DNA of 34,794 bases from a virus, in IMG/VR virus record IMGVR_UViG_3300029183_000019, positions 1-34,794 of that record. One strand, written 5' to 3'. Shown one piece after another: positions 31,055 through 34,794 of this stretch. The notes below the pieces were generated by a model, which saw nothing but the letters and a program-made list of their open reading frames with translations, made no database searches and had not been told where the DNA came from. The position numbers were made by a program, and so were the translations under genes. How positions within the stretch are numbered: the stretch's first letter is position 1; each line of letters starts with the position of its first letter.

Positions 31055-33591
31055 GACTTATATCCAAGACGGTGAGTAGGCGCTGCTTCCACTTCCCAGC
31101 CTGTTAAAATCACGTTTTCTTGTTCTCTGTTATTTGAAAACCGCAAACGATGCGATCTCACTCGTCCATGACTCAGTTTATGCTTAAGCGTTGCCTCTAA
31201 TGGATTTCCATATTGAGATGTGCTGTAAGCTGCTACACCATAACCTGATGCGCTAAAGGTAAGTGTAAACTCCCCTTGCGTCACGTCTCTGACATAGTTG
31301 TGCTCTTCTTTGACAGTCACTACTAGGTCGTTGTTTGCAAGCTCTTCAAGACCAAAGAATCTGAGCCTGAGCATTTTCTTTAAAACACTAGGCTCTCCAA
31401 GGGTCTCCCATTGCGAATCATAAGAAAAATCAACAGCAATATTGTTGTCTTGATAATCAAAAGCATCACCGATATTGAGACGTCGGTATAAAATGTGATC
31501 CACGGATGAATTAAACGTAGAATATCTTCTTTCAGAGAAATAAAATTCATCTCCATTAACAGCTACCCCCCCAGCCATATTCATGTTCGTCCAAATTAAA
31601 AACGCATCCCTGTTGTAATCAAGCACGAAGATTTTGGAATTGGCATTTGCATGCCGATTTGTGCTCGTCACTGTTTCAGTCGGAACATAAAGAATATATC
31701 TCTCATTATCTCGATCATTAACCGCAACAGATCGCTTAAGTCTAAATGTATGAGCGTCTGTTAAAATCTGCGTGCTAAACAACAGCACTTTGACTTCTTC
31801 AGCCAAGCCTGACGCATCAAACACAGGCTCAATGCGATTACCCCCAGCAGGAGCAGGGATTTGACCGCCGGTCATAATATAAGGACCGCGGTCTGATAAG
31901 AATATTAGAGAGCCTCTTAGTTCTTGAATGGTTGCGTGCGCAGCACATCCAATATCACTTGTGAGCTGATCGATTCGGATCGTTCCATCTGCGATGTTTC
32001 CTGAAACAATGTGAATAGACTTTGTTTTAAATACCGCAAATACTTCATTGTTTGGTGAAATCCCTGTGATGATATCTCCAGCAACAGTATCAATATTAAA
32101 TGAATTGCTCCCAGCAGGGAAATACTCCGGACTATCAACATCAGAGTAATAAACCGTAGTTTGAGCTGATTGATTCCCAGCTGTTACCATCTGGTTTCTA
32201 AATTGACTTATGTACTTGCCTTTTTGAGGTGGGGATCTGTCTACAACAGGCTCAATGAGCTGAGCCCCTAGTGAAGCATCAGGTAGCGCATCAGTAAACT
32301 GAACTGACGCAGTGTATGAATCATTTGGAACTTCGGCTACTAAGAAAAACACAGTAGGGGTAGCTGATGCTGATGTTTTATTCCTATAAATGCCAATCCT
32401 AAGATTGTTAGATATCGCGTCGTTGTTGTTAACATCAACAGCAGCGCCTGCTATATCAATCGTCGTAGTCGTTCTGGCTGTTACTTCTCGTTCAACGTAA
32501 GCGCTTGTCGATCTGTCTAAAAAATACGCCGTATCACCCACTTGTAAACTGTGATCCCCACCTGAGCCATCATCAACCGCTATGGTGGTTACACCTACTT
32601 GATTACTCGTTGCTAAAGCACAGTTTGTATTAAATCCAGACGACTGAGCTAACGCTCCAATGGTTACTAAAAAGTCATCCCCTGCAGCAGTTAGTGGTCC
32701 AGATGCTGATGTTGTAAGATTTCCTTCGATTATATTTCCTACGGCATCTTTTTGTATAAACTGAGCTTTGTGGAGGTAATTACTACCTGTAATCGATCCG
32801 CTGCCAACTAATGAAACTATAACGGACGGAGGAGCCGTCAGACCTGCTCGATAGATAGTCTGACCATCGTATTTTTGAACTTCGTCATACCCATTAGCAA
32901 AATAAATCACATTGTTAATCTGAGTAGCTGATACGTTCTCAAAATCTAAACTGTTTTTATTTGTCTCAGATCCTGCAAAAGGGGCTGTTACAGTCTTATT
33001 GACATCGGACCAATAACTGGCAATCCCATCATAAGCTTCAGCAGTTAAATCATGGTTTCTCACTACTTTAATAAATGCAGCAGGAGTCGTTGTCGCTCCT
33101 GTCACACTTGCTGTGAAGTTAGTTAACGCATTCACGTTTGTTTGAAGCGTGCCAATCGTTACAGGAGACGCCTCATCAAACCCAATCCCAAGAGATTGAT
33201 CTAATACTGTTGAAGCGCCTTCTAATATCTGACACCGAAACTCGTCATTTGATGTATCGTAAAACACACTAATCAGTGCTGTTGGATCAGATCCTGTGTA
33301 AGTAACCGTTAACGTAGACTCGAGTAATTTATGAAGCTTGTTGCTGATGGATAACGTTTCAGGCTCTTCGGCGTTTGATGTGGGGTTTACACGGTTATAT
33401 ACAAACAACCCATGCCCGCCTTCTGAAGCAGCGTGCCCTTGGTAGCCCTTTCGTTTTTCAATAGATCCTGATTTGCGATACTGCGCATTCATCATGCCTG
33501 ATGCAAATTGCTCAGGCCTGACTAGGTCAGTTGACTTTAAATCAACCCCGAAGAAATTCTCATAGCGCTTGCGAAGGATTCTTTGTGCCAT
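31051..33591 (-). CDS. Tail tubular protein B / nozzle-like protein
   Basis: 846 aa. The N-terminus (...GMMNAQYRKSGSIEKRKGYQ...) resembles the T7 gp12-type start (VNGWSSETEGLQKRPP). Its size and position, before the internal proteins, also fit. Confidence 0.65.
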   Translation of the reverse strand: MAQRILRKRYENFFGVDLKSTDLVRPEQFASGMMNAQYRKSGSIEKRKGYQGHAASEGGHGLFVYNRVNPTSNAEEPETLSISNKLHKLLESTLTVTYTGSDPTALISVFYDTSNDEFRCQILEGASTVLDQSLGIGFDEASPVTIGTLQTNVNALTNFTASVTGATTTPAAFIKVVRNHDLTAEAYDGIASYWSDVNKTVTAPFAGSETNKNSLDFENVSATQINNVIYFANGYDEVQKYDGQTIYRAGLTAPPSVIVSLVGSGSITGSNYLHKAQFIQKDAVGNIIEGNLTTSASGPLTAAGDDFLVTIGALAQSSGFNTNCALATSNQVGVTTIAVDDGSGGDHSLQVGDTAYFLDRSTSAYVEREVTARTTTTIDIAGAAVDVNNNDAISNNLRIGIYRNKTSASATPTVFFLVAEVPNDSYTASVQFTDALPDASLGAQLIEPVVDRSPPQKGKYISQFRNQMVTAGNQSAQTTVYYSDVDSPEYFPAGSNSFNIDTVAGDIITGISPNNEVFAVFKTKSIHIVSGNIADGTIRIDQLTSDIGCAAHATIQELRGSLIFLSDRGPYIMTGGQIPAPAGGNRIEPVFDASGLAEEVKVLLFSTQILTDAHTFRLKRSVAVNDRDNERYILYVPTETVTSTNRHANANSKIFVLDYNRDAFLIWTNMNMAGGVAVNGDEFYFSERRYSTFNSSVDHILYRRLNIGDAFDYQDNNIAVDFSYDSQWETLGEPSVLKKMLRLRFFGLEELANNDLVVTVKEEHNYVRDVTQGEFTLTFSASGYGVAAYSTSQYGNPLEATLKHKLSHGRVRSHRLRFSNNREQENVILTGWEVEAAPTHRLGYKS

Positions 33592-34548
33592 CTAAAATAA
33601 GAAATCCTCCGGCATCAAAAACTGATCATCTAAAACAGCTACTCGATCTACCGTTGTGTCAGGAGGAGAAAACGCACTCACAATACTGCGTTGCAGCTGG
33701 ATCACTTCTTGTCCTGCCTCTGCTGCATCATTGGAACTGTCTCGCTTTAAAATCTTCCAGTTAGTGTAGCCAAGTAAGAACCTCTCACACACTTGAGGGA
33801 GAGTTGAGTGAGTGGTTGAATCATTGCCTCTGAGTAAGAAGTTCCCTACTGCTATCGTTTCGCCTGATTGATAAACAAACCCAGGCTCTACAGTCACTGT
33901 GCCAGTAGCTGTGTCTACATCTGTAATAGGAATATCACGCATATTTTGTGTGCCATTTTTATCACAAACAGTGATGAATCCTTCTTCCTCAAGCTCGGTC
34001 TCATCAATCTGCAAAGACGTATCCACAGTGAGGGACGTAATCGTCCTAGCTCCGGTATCTAACGTGACTGCCGATACCGTCGCACGCCTTAAATCAAGCA
34101 CTGGCACTCTTGCTTGGTAAGTCAGTCGAATGAGGCTTGCTGATGATTGAGGCTTTGGCTGAAGTAAGATCTCCTTACCACGCCTTATAAAAAAACTAGG
34201 ATTATTGCTACCAGAGCCGCTAATACGCTCAGGCAAGTAACCTTGCTGTAATTCATAATAATCATTCGCATTTCCTGATGTGGAGAATTCAACTAAATCT
34301 ATCTTTGTGCTTAAAAACGTATCCGACGGGAGCTCGTAGGCTTCTTGTCCTGAGACAACTGAAATGTTCGTTTCCTTTTGGCCTACGACGGGGTTAACGT
34401 CTGAAATAGCGCCTTGGATTTGGACTTGGGCATCGTTAAAATAACGTAGGAATTCCTCATCTTGTATACCAGTAGAGGTAGTAAACTCTTCGTTTTCCGT
34501 TTCTCGTCTACTTGCAGCAAGTAAAATCGAGACGTTTCTGATTCCCAT
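33592..34548 (-). CDS. Adaptor / tail tubular protein A-like protein
   Basis: 318 aa, directly upstream of the nozzle gene. The N-terminal FLRYFNDAQVQIQGAI is reminiscent of T7 gp11 ARRILNKINRQIQS. Confidence 0.5.
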   Translation of the reverse strand: MGIRNVSILLAASRRETENEEFTTSTGIQDEEFLRYFNDAQVQIQGAISDVNPVVGQKETNISVVSGQEAYELPSDTFLSTKIDLVEFSTSGNANDYYELQQGYLPERISGSGSNNPSFFIRRGKEILLQPKPQSSASLIRLTYQARVPVLDLRRATVSAVTLDTGARTITSLTVDTSLQIDETELEEEGFITVCDKNGTQNMRDIPITDVDTATGTVTVEPGFVYQSGETIAVGNFLLRGNDSTTHSTLPQVCERFLLGYTNWKILKRDSSNDAAEAGQEVIQLQRSIVSAFSPPDTTVDRVAVLDDQFLMPEDFLF

Positions 34549-34794
34549 TTATGCCGCTTCACCGTTTTTCTTTTTCAAAGCGATGATGATCATGGCTTTT
34601 TTCCTTTCCATATCATCATCTCCAGCCATTTCCTTTTCGCCCATAGGATCGCCTGTTGAACTCATCATTTCCATAACTGCTTGAGTGCCATCAACACCTT
34701 CTTGATTAAGCATCTCAACAGCCTCCATGACCTTCGCTCGAGCTTTATCGCGGACCTTCGCATCCACTTCCATAAGAGACGACATCTTCTCACC
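34549..34794 (-). CDS. Small acidic Met-rich protein. The gene is cut by the contig junction and its N-terminus continues at 132-100.
   Basis: The ORF stays open to the window end. The full reading across the junction is MCPLLSDLEMGGEKMSSLMEVDAK...KKKNGEAA (92 aa). Confidence 0.6.
   Translation of the reverse strand, partial: GEKMSSLMEVDAKVRDKARAKVMEAVEMLNQEGVDGTQAVMEMMSSTGDPMGEKEMAGDDDMERKKAMIIIALKKKNGEAA
34696..34794. repeat. Second copy of the 99-bp terminal overlap (identical to 1-99)
   Basis: Read directly. Confidence 0.97.

Noticed and set aside
1-34794. A lysogeny module (integrase, excisionase, CI-type repressor, attP)
   Set aside because: No ORF shows tyrosine- or serine-recombinase motifs. 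The RHH and XRE regulators alone do not make the phage temperate, so its lifestyle stays undetermined.

Overview
The window is an essentially complete, circularly closed genome of a tailed dsDNA phage. Bases 1-99 are identical to 34696-34794, so the unique length is about 34,695 bp. The virion module looks podovirus-like (T7-style nozzle, adaptor and internal-core genes). I saw no RNA polymerase, DNA polymerase, integrase, tRNA or CRISPR array.

Architecture:
- One co-directional minus-strand array of about 26 kb runs from ~15267 down to 134, crosses the contig junction, and continues from 34794 down to 23839. In order it carries small early genes, terS, terL, an AT-rich moron, portal, scaffold, major capsid, decoration or fibre-like proteins, two fibre genes, adaptor, nozzle, a GNAT-like ORF, three Gln/Ala/Gly-rich internal proteins, an NlpC/P60 hydrolase, a sigma-like factor, a lipoprotein plus membrane-protein cassette, and a VRR-NUC nuclease.
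- A minus-strand replication operon (16509-18535) encodes an initiator with four 11-bp iterons inside its own gene, a DnaB-like helicase and one unknown ORF.
- Two plus-strand units: an RHH regulator with a small lipoprotein (15592-16370), and an accessory and recombination operon (18749-23810).

The best candidate for something new is the chain-coupled plus-strand module at 19132-22328. It is built around a 750-aa lipoprotein of unknown family whose gene is a GC mosaic. This gene is followed by a tail-anchored membrane protein, an XRE regulator and a CxxCxxxCC protein.

Other points worth checking:
- a lambda-like origin inside the initiator gene
- several unusually long gene overlaps (about 44-146 nt) whose downstream starts have good Shine-Dalgarno (SD) sites
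- an opposite-strand micro-gene inside the structural array
- a reverse-order, spanin-like lipoprotein / coiled-coil pair
- a GNAT-like ORF among the ejection proteins
- a fibre with two tandem C1q/TNF-like domains

All functional calls come from motif recognition by eye. No database search was possible.
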